Notes: generated by a model not told the origin, from the letters alone. Shown: positions 10,489 to 20,666, counted from the first letter of the stretch. The stretch is DNA of 64,000 bases from an uncultured Gemmatimonadales bacterium (GCA_963798085.1 CAWCRS010000007.1:960001-1024000); one strand, 5' to 3'. Numbers and translations: made by a program.

Positions 10489-12200
10489 TGGACCCTCACG
10501 CGTGTGACCTCTTTGCCCTCCGTGTCCAGGACGTGCACGCCGCACGCCATGCACGGATCGAATGAATGGATGGTGCGCAGGATCTCGATGGGCCGTTCCG
10601 GATCCACCAGCGGGTGGTTGTCGACCAGCGCCGCCTCGTATGGACCCATCACGCCCTTGCTGTCACGCGGCGAGCAGTTCCACGTGCTGGGCACCACGCA
10701 CTGGTAGCGCGAGATCTTGCCATCAGTGATCTCCACCCAGTGGCCCAGGCCGCCGCGTGGTGCATCGAGGTAGCCGTAGCCGCGTGCCGTCTTCGGCCAC
10801 GTCGACGGGTCCCACTTGTCCGGGTTGAAGGTCGCGACATCGCCGCTGCGGATGCGCGAGATCAGCTCGTTGTACCAGTTCTCCATGCGCCGGACAATGA
10901 GCACGGTCTCAATGCCACGCGCTGCCACGCGGCCCAGCGTGGAGAAGAGCGCAGCCGGCGGTGCGCCCAGCTTGCCGAGCGTTTCGTTCACCATGCCCTT
11001 CACGTCGGCATGTCCCAATGCATAGGCGACGAGCATGCGCGCCAGCGGTCCCACTTCCATGGGCGACTCGTCGTAGCGCGGCGCTTTCATCCACGTGTAC
11101 TTGTCGCTGTCCTGCAGGTATTGCCACGGTGTGGGCGGGCCCGCGTACTTCGGCTTCGTCTCGCCTTCCCACGGATGCAGCCCGGTGCTGTCACCGCCCG
11201 CGTATTCGTACCAGGAGTGCGTAATGTACTCCTTTACCTTCTGGTGATCGTACGGCAGCACCTCACCGAGGTTCTTGTTCATGATGATGCCACGCGGCAG
11301 GTACAGCTTGTCGATCTCGCGCACATCGCCTTCCGGCCACTCGCCGACAGCCAGGTAGTTGCCGGTGCCGCCACCGATGCCAGCCCAGTCCTTGTAGAAG
11401 CCGGCAATGGCGACCAGGTCCGGCCAGTACACCTGCTCCACGAACTCGCGTGCGCGCTTGATCATGGCGTGCACATCGATCAGACGTTCGGCGTTGATGG
11501 TGGCCGTGTCATCCACGTTGATGGCCGACGCCATGCCGCCCACCAGGAAATTCGGATGCGGGTTCTTGCCGCCGAAGATGGTGTGCACGCGGATCACATC
11601 GCGCTGCCAGTCGAGGGCTTCCAGATAGTGCGCCACACCCAGCAGATTCACGGCCGGCGGCAGCTTGTACGCGGGATGACCCCAGTAGCCGTTGGTGAAG
11701 ATGCCGAGTTGTCCGCTCTGCACGAAATTCTTCACCCGGTCCTGAACCGCGCGGAAGTAGGTGGCCGAGTTGTTGGGCCATGGCGAGATCGACTTCGCGA
11801 TGCGCGCGGTGTCTTCCGGATCCGCCTTCAGTGCGCTCACCACATCGACCCAGTCCAGCGCGTGCAGATGGTAGAAGTGGATCACGTGGTCCTGCACCAG
11901 CTGCATGCCGTGCACGATGTTGCGGATGATGTTCGCATTGGGTGGAATGCGAATGTCCAGCGCATCCTCGACGGCGCGCAGCGAAGCCACGGCGTGGACC
12001 ACGGTGCACACGCCGCAGATGCGCTGCGTGAAGGCCCACGCGTCGCGCGGGTCCCGGCCCTCCATGATGATCTCAATGCCGCGGAACTGTGTCGACGTGG
12101 CCCAGGCGTTGGCGATCCTGCCGTTGTCGGCCTGCACCTCAATGCGGAGGTGCCCTTCGATCCGGGTGATCGGATCGACAACGACTTTAGCTCTGGCCAT
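10485..12200 (-). CDS. hyaB: Group 1 [NiFe]-hydrogenase large subunit
   Basis: DPITRIEGH; L1 QRICGVC; L2 SFDPCMACGVH followed by a cleavable C-terminal tail. Confidence 0.96.
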   Translation of the reverse strand: MARAKVVVDPITRIEGHLRIEVQADNGRIANAWATSTQFRGIEIIMEGRDPRDAWAFTQRICGVCTVVHAVASLRAVEDALDIRIPPNANIIRNIVHGMQLVQDHVIHFYHLHALDWVDVVSALKADPEDTARIAKSISPWPNNSATYFRAVQDRVKNFVQSGQLGIFTNGYWGHPAYKLPPAVNLLGVAHYLEALDWQRDVIRVHTIFGGKNPHPNFLVGGMASAINVDDTATINAERLIDVHAMIKRAREFVEQVYWPDLVAIAGFYKDWAGIGGGTGNYLAVGEWPEGDVREIDKLYLPRGIIMNKNLGEVLPYDHQKVKEYITHSWYEYAGGDSTGLHPWEGETKPKYAGPPTPWQYLQDSDKYTWMKAPRYDESPMEVGPLARMLVAYALGHADVKGMVNETLGKLGAPPAALFSTLGRVAARGIETVLIVRRMENWYNELISRIRSGDVATFNPDKWDPSTWPKTARGYGYLDAPRGGLGHWVEITDGKISRYQCVVPSTWNCSPRDSKGVMGPYEAALVDNHPLVDPERPIEILRTIHSFDPCMACGVHVLDTEGKEVTRVRVQ

Positions 12201-13338
12201 GTCCGCCTTCCTTCCCGGTTGGAGGCTGCTGCACGATGGGCAGAGCCTTGCGCTGACGTGAACGTTGGACGCCGGTCGCGACCGCGTGCGCGGCAATGCC
12301 GGCGGTCACACCCAGCGCGAGCGCGCCGCCGATCCGGTCCACGCGGCCCTCGACACCGAAGCCCGCGACGTTGGGCAGCCGGCCGTAGAAGGGCGACATC
12401 GTATCCCAGAAGTGTCGCTCGGTGCAGCCAATGCAGGGGTGGCCCGCGCCAATGGGCCAGTTGGTGCCCGTGTTCCACATGAAGATGGGGCAGGGCGAGA
12501 AGGTCGCCGGGCCCTTGCAGCCCACGTGGTAGAGGCACCAGCCCTTGCGCGCCGCCTCGTCATCGAAGCGCTCCACGAACTGGCCGGCATCGAAGTTGGC
12601 GCGTCGCGGGCACTGGTCGTGAATGCGCGCGCCATACGCGAACAGCGGGCGGCCGTCATAGTCCAGCTCGGGCATGCGGCCGAACGTCAGGTAATGCACG
12701 ACCGTAGCCGTCACCACGTCGGCAATGGGCGGACAGCCCGCGATGTTAACAACGGGTTTGTTGCCGATCACCTGGGAGACGCCCACCGCTCCCGTGGGAT
12801 TGGGCCTCGCCGCCTGCACGCTGCCCCAGTGCGCGCACGCGCCCACCGCGATGATGGCGGCGGCGCCGGCGGCGGCTTCCTCGAGGATCTCCTTGACGGG
12901 CCGGCCGCCGATGGTCGTGTAGATGCCGCCGTCATTGAGCGGCACCGACCCGGTGACGACGAGCAGGTAGCTGCCCTTGTTGTCCGCCATCGACTTCTTG
13001 AGCGCGTTCTCGGCGGCGCTGCCCGCGGCGGCCATAAGCGTGTGCTGGTAATCGAGCGAGACCAGATCGAGCACGAGATCGCCGATGGACGGCTCACTGG
13101 TGCGGATCACGCTCTCCACGCAACCGGTGCATTCCTGCAGCTGCAGCCAGATCACTGTGGGTCGCTTCACCTGCTCGAGCGCGCGCACGAGTCTGGGCGT
13201 CATGGCAGTGCTCAGACCCAGCATCGCGGCGAACTTTCCGCACGACTCGACGAACTCCCGTCGTCCGATGCCCCTGCGCCTCGAATGCTCGCCCAGGGTG
13301 TCTCCGTCGATCCACGGTTGCGTGGAAGGAGAGAGCAT
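12187..13338 (-). CDS. hyaA: Group 1 [NiFe]-hydrogenase small subunit with Tat signal and C-terminal membrane anchor
   Basis: Tat motif GRREF; ECTGC, GAC, GCPP, HDQC, CLYHVGCKGP, HPCIGC; C-terminal hydrophobic helix. Confidence 0.96.
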   Translation of the reverse strand: MLSPSTQPWIDGDTLGEHSRRRGIGRREFVESCGKFAAMLGLSTAMTPRLVRALEQVKRPTVIWLQLQECTGCVESVIRTSEPSIGDLVLDLVSLDYQHTLMAAAGSAAENALKKSMADNKGSYLLVVTGSVPLNDGGIYTTIGGRPVKEILEEAAAGAAAIIAVGACAHWGSVQAARPNPTGAVGVSQVIGNKPVVNIAGCPPIADVVTATVVHYLTFGRMPELDYDGRPLFAYGARIHDQCPRRANFDAGQFVERFDDEAARKGWCLYHVGCKGPATFSPCPIFMWNTGTNWPIGAGHPCIGCTERHFWDTMSPFYGRLPNVAGFGVEGRVDRIGGALALGVTAGIAAHAVATGVQRSRQRKALPIVQQPPTGKEGGHGQS

Positions 13339-13697
13339 GGCTCACCTCCGGTCACCGTAAGAGGATCCGGCGCCGGCTCCACCCGGACCGGCGTCCGGGG
13401 CGGGACACTGCCTCGGCCCCGCGCGCGCGCAGCTTCTGCTCGCCACAGAAGCCTCACGCGTCACATCGACCGCCGCGTGGTCGAGGGAGCGGCCACGGGG
13501 CCAGTCCTACGGCTGTGCAACGTGCCGCCACCTGCCCAGTTGTGCTGTCCGGCTACGGTGGATGCTCGTAAGCACGTTCCCACTTCGCGCGTGGGGGAAT
13601 TCCTTACCCCACCACCGCCGTGCGGGGCGCCACCCCTTCAGTTTCCGGGCGCCACGGGCCAGATTGCGCCGCGTCCACGAAACAGAGCGAGGGATCC

Positions 13698-16640
13698 TTG
13701 GAGCGAGCCACACCGGGACCGGTCACACCGCCGCCTGCCGACGAAGCGGCTGGCCGACAGGAGACTTTCTATCGCGGCCCCAGCGGGATTCACCTGGCTT
13801 CGTTTCCGCCCAGGGAGCGGTGGGAGGACTGGGCCGAGCTGGACTCCCGCGCGTGGCCCGAGCGTGTCGAGCGGCGCTACACGCTGGTGCCCACCACGTG
13901 TTTCAACTGCGAGTCCGCCTGCGGCCTGCTGGCCTATGTCGATCGCACGACGCTCGAGATCCGCAAGTTCGAGGGCAATCCGGAGCACCCGGGCTCGCGC
14001 GGCCGCAACTGCGCGAAGGGACCGGCCACGCTGAACCAGGTGCGCGATCCGGACCGGGTGCTGCACCCGCTGAAGCGGACGGGCAAACGCGGCGCGGGGC
14101 AATGGACGCGCGTGAGCTGGGATGAAGCGCTGGAGGACATCGCGGCGCGCGTCCGTCAGGCCATTGTGGATGGGCGACACAGCGAGATCATGTATCACGT
14201 GGGCCGTCCGGGCGAGGACGGGTACACGGAGCGCGTACTGGCAGCGTGGGGCGTGGACGGTCACAACTCCCACACCAACATCTGCTCCAGCGGTGCGCGC
14301 GCCGGCTACCACTTCTGGATGGGCCTGGACCGGCCCAGCCCGGACCATGCTAACGCCAGTGTTATCCTGCTCATCAGCAGCCACCTCGAGGCCGGCCACT
14401 ACTTCAACCCGCACGCGCAGCGCATCATCGAAGGCAAGAAGAACGGCGCCCGCCTGATCGTCTTCGACACCCGCCTCTCCAACACGGCCACACACGCCGA
14501 CTGGTGGGTGGCGCCCTGGCCCGGCTCCGAGGCCGCGATTCTGCTCAGCATCGCGCACTACCTCATCCGCAACCGCCTGTATAACCGCGAGTTTGTGGAG
14601 CGCTGGTGGAACTGGCGCGAGTATCTGGAGCAGGCGGGCGGGGACGTCGGCGGCCCGGCGGAAGGCGAGCCTTCCTTCGAGGACTTCCACCAGGCACTGG
14701 ACCGCCTGTACGCGGAGTACACGTTCGATTTCGCGGCGCGCGAGTCGGGCGTGGCTGCGCATACGCTCGAGGAAGTCGCGCAGGCGGTGGGCCAGGCGGG
14801 CACCCGCCTGGCCACGCACAACTGGCGCAGTGCCGGTTCGGGCAACCTGGGTGGCTGGCAGGTGGCGCGCACGCTGTTCCTGCTCAACGCGCTCATGGGA
14901 GCAGTCGCCACCGAGGGCGGCACCTTCCCCAACGCCTGGAACAAGTTCGTGCCCCGGCCCATTCACCTGCCGCCGCACCCGCCGCGCTGGAACGGGCTCA
15001 CCTGGCCCGCGGAATTTCCGCTGGCCATGTTCGAGATGTCGTTTCTGCTGCCCCACCTGCTGCGCGACGGTCGCGGCCGCCTCTCCGTCTACTTCAGCCG
15101 CGTCTACAATCCGGTGTGGACCAATCCCGACGGCTTCTCCTGGATCGAGGCGCTCACGGACGAGAAGCTGCTGGGCCTGCACGTGGCGCTCACGCCGACG
15201 TGGAGCGAGACGGCGTACTTTGCAGACTACGTGTTACCGATGGGCGTGGGCGCGGAACGACACGACGTGCATTCGTACGAGCAGTACGATGGGCAGTGGA
15301 TCGGCTTCCGGCAGCCGGTGCTGCGCGCCGCGCGCGAGCGCATGGGTGAATCCATCCAGGACACGCGCCAGGTGAATCCCGGCGAAGTGTGGGAAGAGAA
15401 CGAATTCTGGATCGAGCTGTCCTGGCGCATCGATCCCGACGGCTCGCTGGGCATTCGCCGCTGGTTCGAGTCGGTGCAGCGGCCCGGCGAGAAGCTGGGC
15501 CTGGACGAGTATTACGGCTGGATGTTCGAAAACTCCGTGCCCGGCCTGCCCGAGGCGGCGGCTGCGCAGCAGCTGAGCCCGCTCGCGTACATGCGGCGCT
15601 ACGGCGCGTTCGAGGTGGCGCAGCGTGTGGGCGCGGTGTACGAGCAGGAGGTGGCACGCGACGAGCTCGATGACCTGCAGGTCGATCGCTTCGGTCGCGC
15701 CTACACGCGATCGCCCAGGCCGGCCTCCCCTAACATCGTACCACAGCCGGTGCCCGAGCCCGATGCGGAGGGCCGGCGCGCGGCTGGCGTGCTGCTCGAT
15801 GGCAAGGTACGCCGTGGCTTCCCGACGCCCAGTGGCCGGCTCGAGTTCTGGTCGCGCACGCTCGCCGAATGGGGCTGGCCCGAATACGCGATTCCCACCT
15901 ACATCCGCAGCCAGATCCACCCGTCCAGTCTCGAGCCCGGGCAGATGCCGCTCATCTCGACGTTCCGCCTGCCCGTGCAGATCCACACGCGCAGCGCCAA
16001 CGCCAAGTGGCTGGACGAAATTGCGCACACGAATCCACTGTGGCTGCACACCAGCGACGCGGCTCGCCTGGACGTGGAGACCGGCGACCTCGTGCGGGTG
16101 GAGACCGCGATCGGTCACTTCGTCGTGAAGGCGTGGGTGACGGAGGGGATCAGACCGGGCGTCGTCGCCTGCAGTCATCACATGGGCCGCTGGCGCCTGC
16201 GCGATGGGCCCGGACAGCGGCAGATGATGGCGACCGCGGCGCTGGCGCATGACGGCAATGTCTGGCGCCTGTCACTCGAACACGGTGTCAGGCCGTTTGC
16301 CTCGAATGACGCCGACACCGCGCGGGTCTGGTGGACGGATGCCGGCGTACACCAGAACCTGACGTTCCCCGTGCAGCCGGACCCGATCTCGGGCATGCAC
16401 TGCTGGCATCAGGCCGTGCGTGTGCGCAAGGCCGGGCGCGGCAATGCCTACGGCAATGTTTCGGTGGACACGGCGAAGGCGCATGCCGCCTATCAGCAGT
16501 GGCTGGAGAGGACGCGCCCGGCCGATCGTCATTCACCGGATGGGACGCGCCGTCCCTACTGGCTCATGCGACCGCTCCGCCCCACGCGCGAGGCGTACCG
16601 CCTGGGTGTGCAGCCCGCCGCAGATCCACCGCACCGCTGA
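13698..16640 (+). CDS. Mo/W-bisPGD (DMSO reductase superfamily) catalytic subunit, Psr/Phs/Arr-like, no Tat signal
   Basis: TTG start after GAGGGA (start uncertain); FS0 motif CFNCESAC...CAKG; RVLHPLKRTG..G.G.W..VSWDEAL; NSHTNIC with candidate Mo-ligand Cys; SETAYFADYVLP; HTRS.N..WL in the C-terminal dinucleotide-binding domain. Confidence 0.9.
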   Translation: MERATPGPVTPPPADEAAGRQETFYRGPSGIHLASFPPRERWEDWAELDSRAWPERVERRYTLVPTTCFNCESACGLLAYVDRTTLEIRKFEGNPEHPGSRGRNCAKGPATLNQVRDPDRVLHPLKRTGKRGAGQWTRVSWDEALEDIAARVRQAIVDGRHSEIMYHVGRPGEDGYTERVLAAWGVDGHNSHTNICSSGARAGYHFWMGLDRPSPDHANASVILLISSHLEAGHYFNPHAQRIIEGKKNGARLIVFDTRLSNTATHADWWVAPWPGSEAAILLSIAHYLIRNRLYNREFVERWWNWREYLEQAGGDVGGPAEGEPSFEDFHQALDRLYAEYTFDFAARESGVAAHTLEEVAQAVGQAGTRLATHNWRSAGSGNLGGWQVARTLFLLNALMGAVATEGGTFPNAWNKFVPRPIHLPPHPPRWNGLTWPAEFPLAMFEMSFLLPHLLRDGRGRLSVYFSRVYNPVWTNPDGFSWIEALTDEKLLGLHVALTPTWSETAYFADYVLPMGVGAERHDVHSYEQYDGQWIGFRQPVLRAARERMGESIQDTRQVNPGEVWEENEFWIELSWRIDPDGSLGIRRWFESVQRPGEKLGLDEYYGWMFENSVPGLPEAAAAQQLSPLAYMRRYGAFEVAQRVGAVYEQEVARDELDDLQVDRFGRAYTRSPRPASPNIVPQPVPEPDAEGRRAAGVLLDGKVRRGFPTPSGRLEFWSRTLAEWGWPEYAIPTYIRSQIHPSSLEPGQMPLISTFRLPVQIHTRSANAKWLDEIAHTNPLWLHTSDAARLDVETGDLVRVETAIGHFVVKAWVTEGIRPGVVACSHHMGRWRLRDGPGQRQMMATAALAHDGNVWRLSLEHGVRPFASNDADTARVWWTDAGVHQNLTFPVQPDPISGMHCWHQAVRVRKAGRGNAYGNVSVDTAKAHAAYQQWLERTRPADRHSPDGTRRPYWLMRPLRPTREAYRLGVQPAADPPHR

Positions 16641-16846
16641 GTCGCGCACGCGCGCGAGACTTGCCGAAATCCAGGCTGATGTGACCGGGCCGCAGACGGA
16701 CGCCGGATCGTATGCGACCCGGCGTTTGTCGTTTGCGGCGGTTGCCGCTCGAACCGGCCCACCCTATGGTCGGGGACGGGCAGGGATACGCTGCGCCCTC
16801 CCGGGATTCCGAACGGTGACACGAGCGCGGCGGGGGTGGTGTGTGC

Positions 16847-18388
16847 ATGGCGGTCGATCAGGGCGAGCCGGTTGGACCGGACCTGGCGCAGGGCATTACC
16901 GAGTCCGAACTGCCGGAGGGCAGCTGCCTGACAGGACATTTCGAAGGCGAGCCGGTAATGCTCGCACGCGTGCGCGGCGAGGTATTTGCCGTAGCGGCGC
17001 ACTGCACGCATTACGGCGGGCCGCTGGCAGAGGGGCTGATCAATGGCGAGATGGTGCACTGCCCGTGGCATCACGCGTGCTTCAGTTTGCGCACGGGTGA
17101 AGCCGTCAGCCCGCCCGCTCTCAATGACATTGCCACCTGGGGCGTGCGGCGGAGCGACGGACGTATTGTGCTGACGGGGCGAGTGGACGCGGCCCGTCCG
17201 CGTCGCACACCGGTCCGGAGTCCAGAGTCGATCGGGATCGTGGGCGCGGGCGCCGCCGGCAATGTCGCGGCGGAGACGCTGCGGCGCGAAGGCTACGCCG
17301 GACCCATTACCGTCTTCGATGCCGAATCCGCTTCACCGTACGACCGCCCGAATCTCTCCAAGGATTACCTGGCCGGAAACGCGCCCGAAGAGTGGATTCC
17401 GCTGCACCCGCCCGAGTTCTACGGCGAGCGCAACATCGAGTTTGTGCGGCAGGCCGTGCTGCAGCTGGATGCGGCGCAGCGCGCTGTGATGCTGGCGGAC
17501 CGAACGCAGCACCGCTTCGAAGCGCTCATCCTCGCGCCGGGTGCGGAAGCCATTCGTCTCCCCGTACCCGCGGATGCGGGTACGACGATGCTGACACTGC
17601 GTTCGCTCAATGACAGCCGCGCCATCATCGCCGCCGCCGCGGCCGGCGGGAGCGTTGCCGTCATTGGCGCGAGCTTCATCGGCCTGGAAGTCGCGGCGTC
17701 ACTGCGCCAGCGGGGTCTCGACGTGCACATCATCGCGCCCGAGCCTGTGCCGCTGGCGCGCATCATGGGTCCCGACCTGGGCCGCTTCATCCGCGAGCTG
17801 CACGAGGAACACGGTGTTCACTTTCACCTGGGGCGCACCGTGAGCCACGTGGGCAGCGATCAGGTCACGCTGGATGACGGAACGCGGATCGAGGCGGGCC
17901 TCGTGGTGCAGGGCGTGGGCGTGCGGCCGCGAACGACGCTCGCGCAGGAGGCGGGGCTCACGGTGAACAACGGCATCGTCGTGAACCAGTACCTCGAGAC
18001 GTCGGCACCGGGCATCTGGGCCGCCGGTGATGCGGCAGCGTGGCCGGACGCGCGCAGTCAGCAGCCCATCCGCGTGGAGCACTGGGTGGTCGCCGAACGC
18101 ATGGGCCGCACGGCCGCGCGCAACGTGCTGGGCCTGCGCACGCCGTTCACCGCGGCGCCGTTCTTCTGGAGCCAGCACTACGACGTGACCATTGCCTACG
18201 TGGGCCACGCCGTCGACTGGGATGAAGCCGAACTGGCTGGCGATCCCGCAGCGCGTGACTGCGCCGTGCGGCTGCGCCGGGACGGCCGCACACTGGCGCT
18301 GGCCACCATTTTCCGCGACCAGGCCAGCCTTGCGGAAGAGCTGCGCCAGGAGGCGGAGAACGCGCAGGCGGCATCGGCCGCTATCTGA
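16847..18388 (+). CDS. Rieske [2Fe-2S] and FAD/NAD(P)H-dependent reductase fusion
   Basis: CTHYG...CPWH Rieske ligands; GAGAAG and GASFIGLE Rossmann motifs; YDRPNLSK; AAGD; RVEHW; PFFWS. Confidence 0.9.
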   Translation: MAVDQGEPVGPDLAQGITESELPEGSCLTGHFEGEPVMLARVRGEVFAVAAHCTHYGGPLAEGLINGEMVHCPWHHACFSLRTGEAVSPPALNDIATWGVRRSDGRIVLTGRVDAARPRRTPVRSPESIGIVGAGAAGNVAAETLRREGYAGPITVFDAESASPYDRPNLSKDYLAGNAPEEWIPLHPPEFYGERNIEFVRQAVLQLDAAQRAVMLADRTQHRFEALILAPGAEAIRLPVPADAGTTMLTLRSLNDSRAIIAAAAAGGSVAVIGASFIGLEVAASLRQRGLDVHIIAPEPVPLARIMGPDLGRFIRELHEEHGVHFHLGRTVSHVGSDQVTLDDGTRIEAGLVVQGVGVRPRTTLAQEAGLTVNNGIVVNQYLETSAPGIWAAGDAAAWPDARSQQPIRVEHWVVAERMGRTAARNVLGLRTPFTAAPFFWSQHYDVTIAYVGHAVDWDEAELAGDPAARDCAVRLRRDGRTLALATIFRDQASLAEELRQEAENAQAASAAI

Positions 18389-18475
18389 CAGCACGTTAGG
18401 ATGGCGCCCGTGGCCTGATGCGCCCGCACATCGGAATTGCGGTTGTCGGCCCATCCTGAGGCCAGCGCTGCGATA

Positions 18476-20584
18476 TCAGGGTGTACGCGAGGCCACATCC
18501 AGGCGGTAGGCGTTCTCGACGTACTCGCCCACCATGCGATCGGTATTGAAGTATGCGCAGACCTGCGAAATGGCGGCGCGCATGCGTTCCACCCAGCCGT
18601 GCGGGATGCCGCGCTCGTCGCGCGCGTAGAACAGGGGCACCACCTCGGTTTCCAGCAGTGTGTAGAGCGCATCCGCGTCGGCCTCATCGGTGGCGCCGTT
18701 GCCGGTACCTGGGTCAATTACCCAGCCGATGGGCGCGGTCAGGTTGTTGTGCGCTTCCCACGCCTCTGCCCACCAGCCATCCGCAATGCTCAGGTTCAAT
18801 CCCCCGTTCGCGGCGGCCTTCATGCCACTGGTGCCGCTGGCTTCGAGCGGCCGGCGAGGCACGTTGAGCCAGACATCGGAGCCCTGCACGAGGTGGCGCG
18901 CCAGCTCGACGTCGTAGTTCTCCACGAACAGAATGCGGCTCAGGAACTCCGGCCGGTGGCTTGCCGCGAACACATCGTGCAGGAACTGCTTGCCGCCGTC
19001 GTCGCGCGGGTGCGCCTTGCCCGCAAAGATGATCTGCACGGGCCGGCCCTCGCCGTTCAGGATGCGCGCCAGGCGAGGCAGATCGGATAACAGGAGTGTT
19101 GCGCGCTTGTAGGTCGCGAAGCGCCGCGCGAACGTGATGGTCAGCGCGGACGGATCCAGCAGCAACGCCTCCTCGCCCGCCAGGCCGCGCGCTCTCGACT
19201 GCGTCAGCAGCGCCGCGCGCAGGCGATCGATCAGGTAGCCGCGCTGATCCTGGCGCGCGGCCCAGAGCCGCTCCACCGGGATGGTGGCGGCGCGTGACCA
19301 GCTGACGGCGCCGCTGCGCACGCGCCAGTCCCTGGCGATGACATCGCTGTAGACACGCGCCAGGCGCGAGCCCACCCAGCTGGGCAGGTGCACGCCGTTG
19401 GTGACGTGGCCGATCGGTGTCTCCGCTACGGTCGGCGCCTGGAACAGCGTCTGCCACATGGTGCGGCTGATTTCGCCGTGCCGTTCGCTCACACCATTGC
19501 TGGCGCGCGCACCGCGCAGTGCCAGCGCCGTCATGCAGAACTGGCCCGAGCGGTACGGGTCGCGGGTCAGGCCCAGCGCATAGAAGTCGCGCCAGCTGAT
19601 GCCCGCGGCCTCTACATGGGCGCGGAAGTAGCGCTCCATCAGGTCTGCCGGAAAGTAATCGTGCCCCGCCTCGACGGGCGTGTGCGTGGTGAAGACGATC
19701 TGATCGGCGGCGGCCGCCAGTGCGCGGTCGAATTGACCGGCGCCGCGCATCGCCTGTCGCAGACGTTCGAAGACTGCGAACGCCGCGTGACCCTCGTTCA
19801 GATGCAGGGTTTCGATGGGATGACCCAGCGCTTCCAGCGCGCGCACGCCACCCACGCCCAGCACCAGCTCCTGCTTCAGCCGGTGCTCCAGATCGCCGCC
19901 GTACAACCGGTCCGTGATGTGCCGGTCTTCCGTGGTATTGCTGTCGACGTCCGTGTCCAGCAGATAGAGCGGCACCGCGCCCACGTCCGCGCGCCACACG
20001 CGCACACCCACCATGCGACCGGGGAACTCGACTGTCAGCAGAAGGGGTCCGCCGTCGGCGCCAGCCACGGGTCGCAGCGGCAGCATCGAGGGTTCGAGGT
20101 GTCGATACATCTCGTGCTGCCAGCCCTGCGCATCCACGCGCTGCGTGAAGTAGCCGTCACGATACATCAGACCGACGCCTGCCAGCGGCACGCCCAGATC
20201 GCTCGCCGATTTGAGATGATCGCCGGCCAGCACGCCGAGCCCGCCCGAGAACACGCGAATGCAATCCGTGATCGCGAACTCGGCCGAGAAGTAGCCGATG
20301 CGCCTCGGCTCCGCGCCCGGCCTGGCAGCCAGATAGCCTGCGAGTTCGCGGGCCGCCGCCTGCACTCGTTCCACGTAGCCGGCATCATTGGCGGCCTGGC
20401 GCAGCCGCTGCGGCGAGAGGTCGCTCAGCAGGCGCACCGGATTGTGATGCGAATGCGCCCAGGCATCATGATCCAGCCAGCGGAAGAGGGACCACGTCTC
20501 GCGCCACCACGTCCAGCGCAGATTGTAGGCGAGGATTTCGAGGGCTTCCAGCGGCTGTGGAAGCAGCAGCGATGTTGTGGGCAT
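18476..20584 (-). CDS. glgP: Alpha-glucan (glycogen/maltodextrin) phosphorylase
   Basis: YFSAEF, SGGLGVLAGD, HLNEGH, FTTHTP, TNGVH, RRFATYKR, EASGTSGMKA (PLP lysine). Confidence 0.95.
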   Translation of the reverse strand: MPTTSLLLPQPLEALEILAYNLRWTWWRETWSLFRWLDHDAWAHSHHNPVRLLSDLSPQRLRQAANDAGYVERVQAAARELAGYLAARPGAEPRRIGYFSAEFAITDCIRVFSGGLGVLAGDHLKSASDLGVPLAGVGLMYRDGYFTQRVDAQGWQHEMYRHLEPSMLPLRPVAGADGGPLLLTVEFPGRMVGVRVWRADVGAVPLYLLDTDVDSNTTEDRHITDRLYGGDLEHRLKQELVLGVGGVRALEALGHPIETLHLNEGHAAFAVFERLRQAMRGAGQFDRALAAAADQIVFTTHTPVEAGHDYFPADLMERYFRAHVEAAGISWRDFYALGLTRDPYRSGQFCMTALALRGARASNGVSERHGEISRTMWQTLFQAPTVAETPIGHVTNGVHLPSWVGSRLARVYSDVIARDWRVRSGAVSWSRAATIPVERLWAARQDQRGYLIDRLRAALLTQSRARGLAGEEALLLDPSALTITFARRFATYKRATLLLSDLPRLARILNGEGRPVQIIFAGKAHPRDDGGKQFLHDVFAASHRPEFLSRILFVENYDVELARHLVQGSDVWLNVPRRPLEASGTSGMKAAANGGLNLSIADGWWAEAWEAHNNLTAPIGWVIDPGTGNGATDEADADALYTLLETEVVPLFYARDERGIPHGWVERMRAAISQVCAYFNTDRMVGEYVENAYRLDVASRTP

Positions 20585-20666
20585 CCTGTCCCTGTCAGAG
20601 ATACGCGACGGTGGGTCAGTGGTCACGCGGTGTTCTTTCGAATCCCGTGCAAGCGGCCGGGCCCTG

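Noticed and set aside
13510..13535. Sigma54-like promoter (TGGCGGCACGTTGCA, minus strand) upstream of the hydrogenase
   Set aside because: GG-to-GC spacing is 9 nt rather than the required 10.
3418..13697. Hydrogenase block as a mobile element
   Set aside because: No transposase, integrase, terminal repeats or target-site duplication seen, and the composition looks like the flanks.
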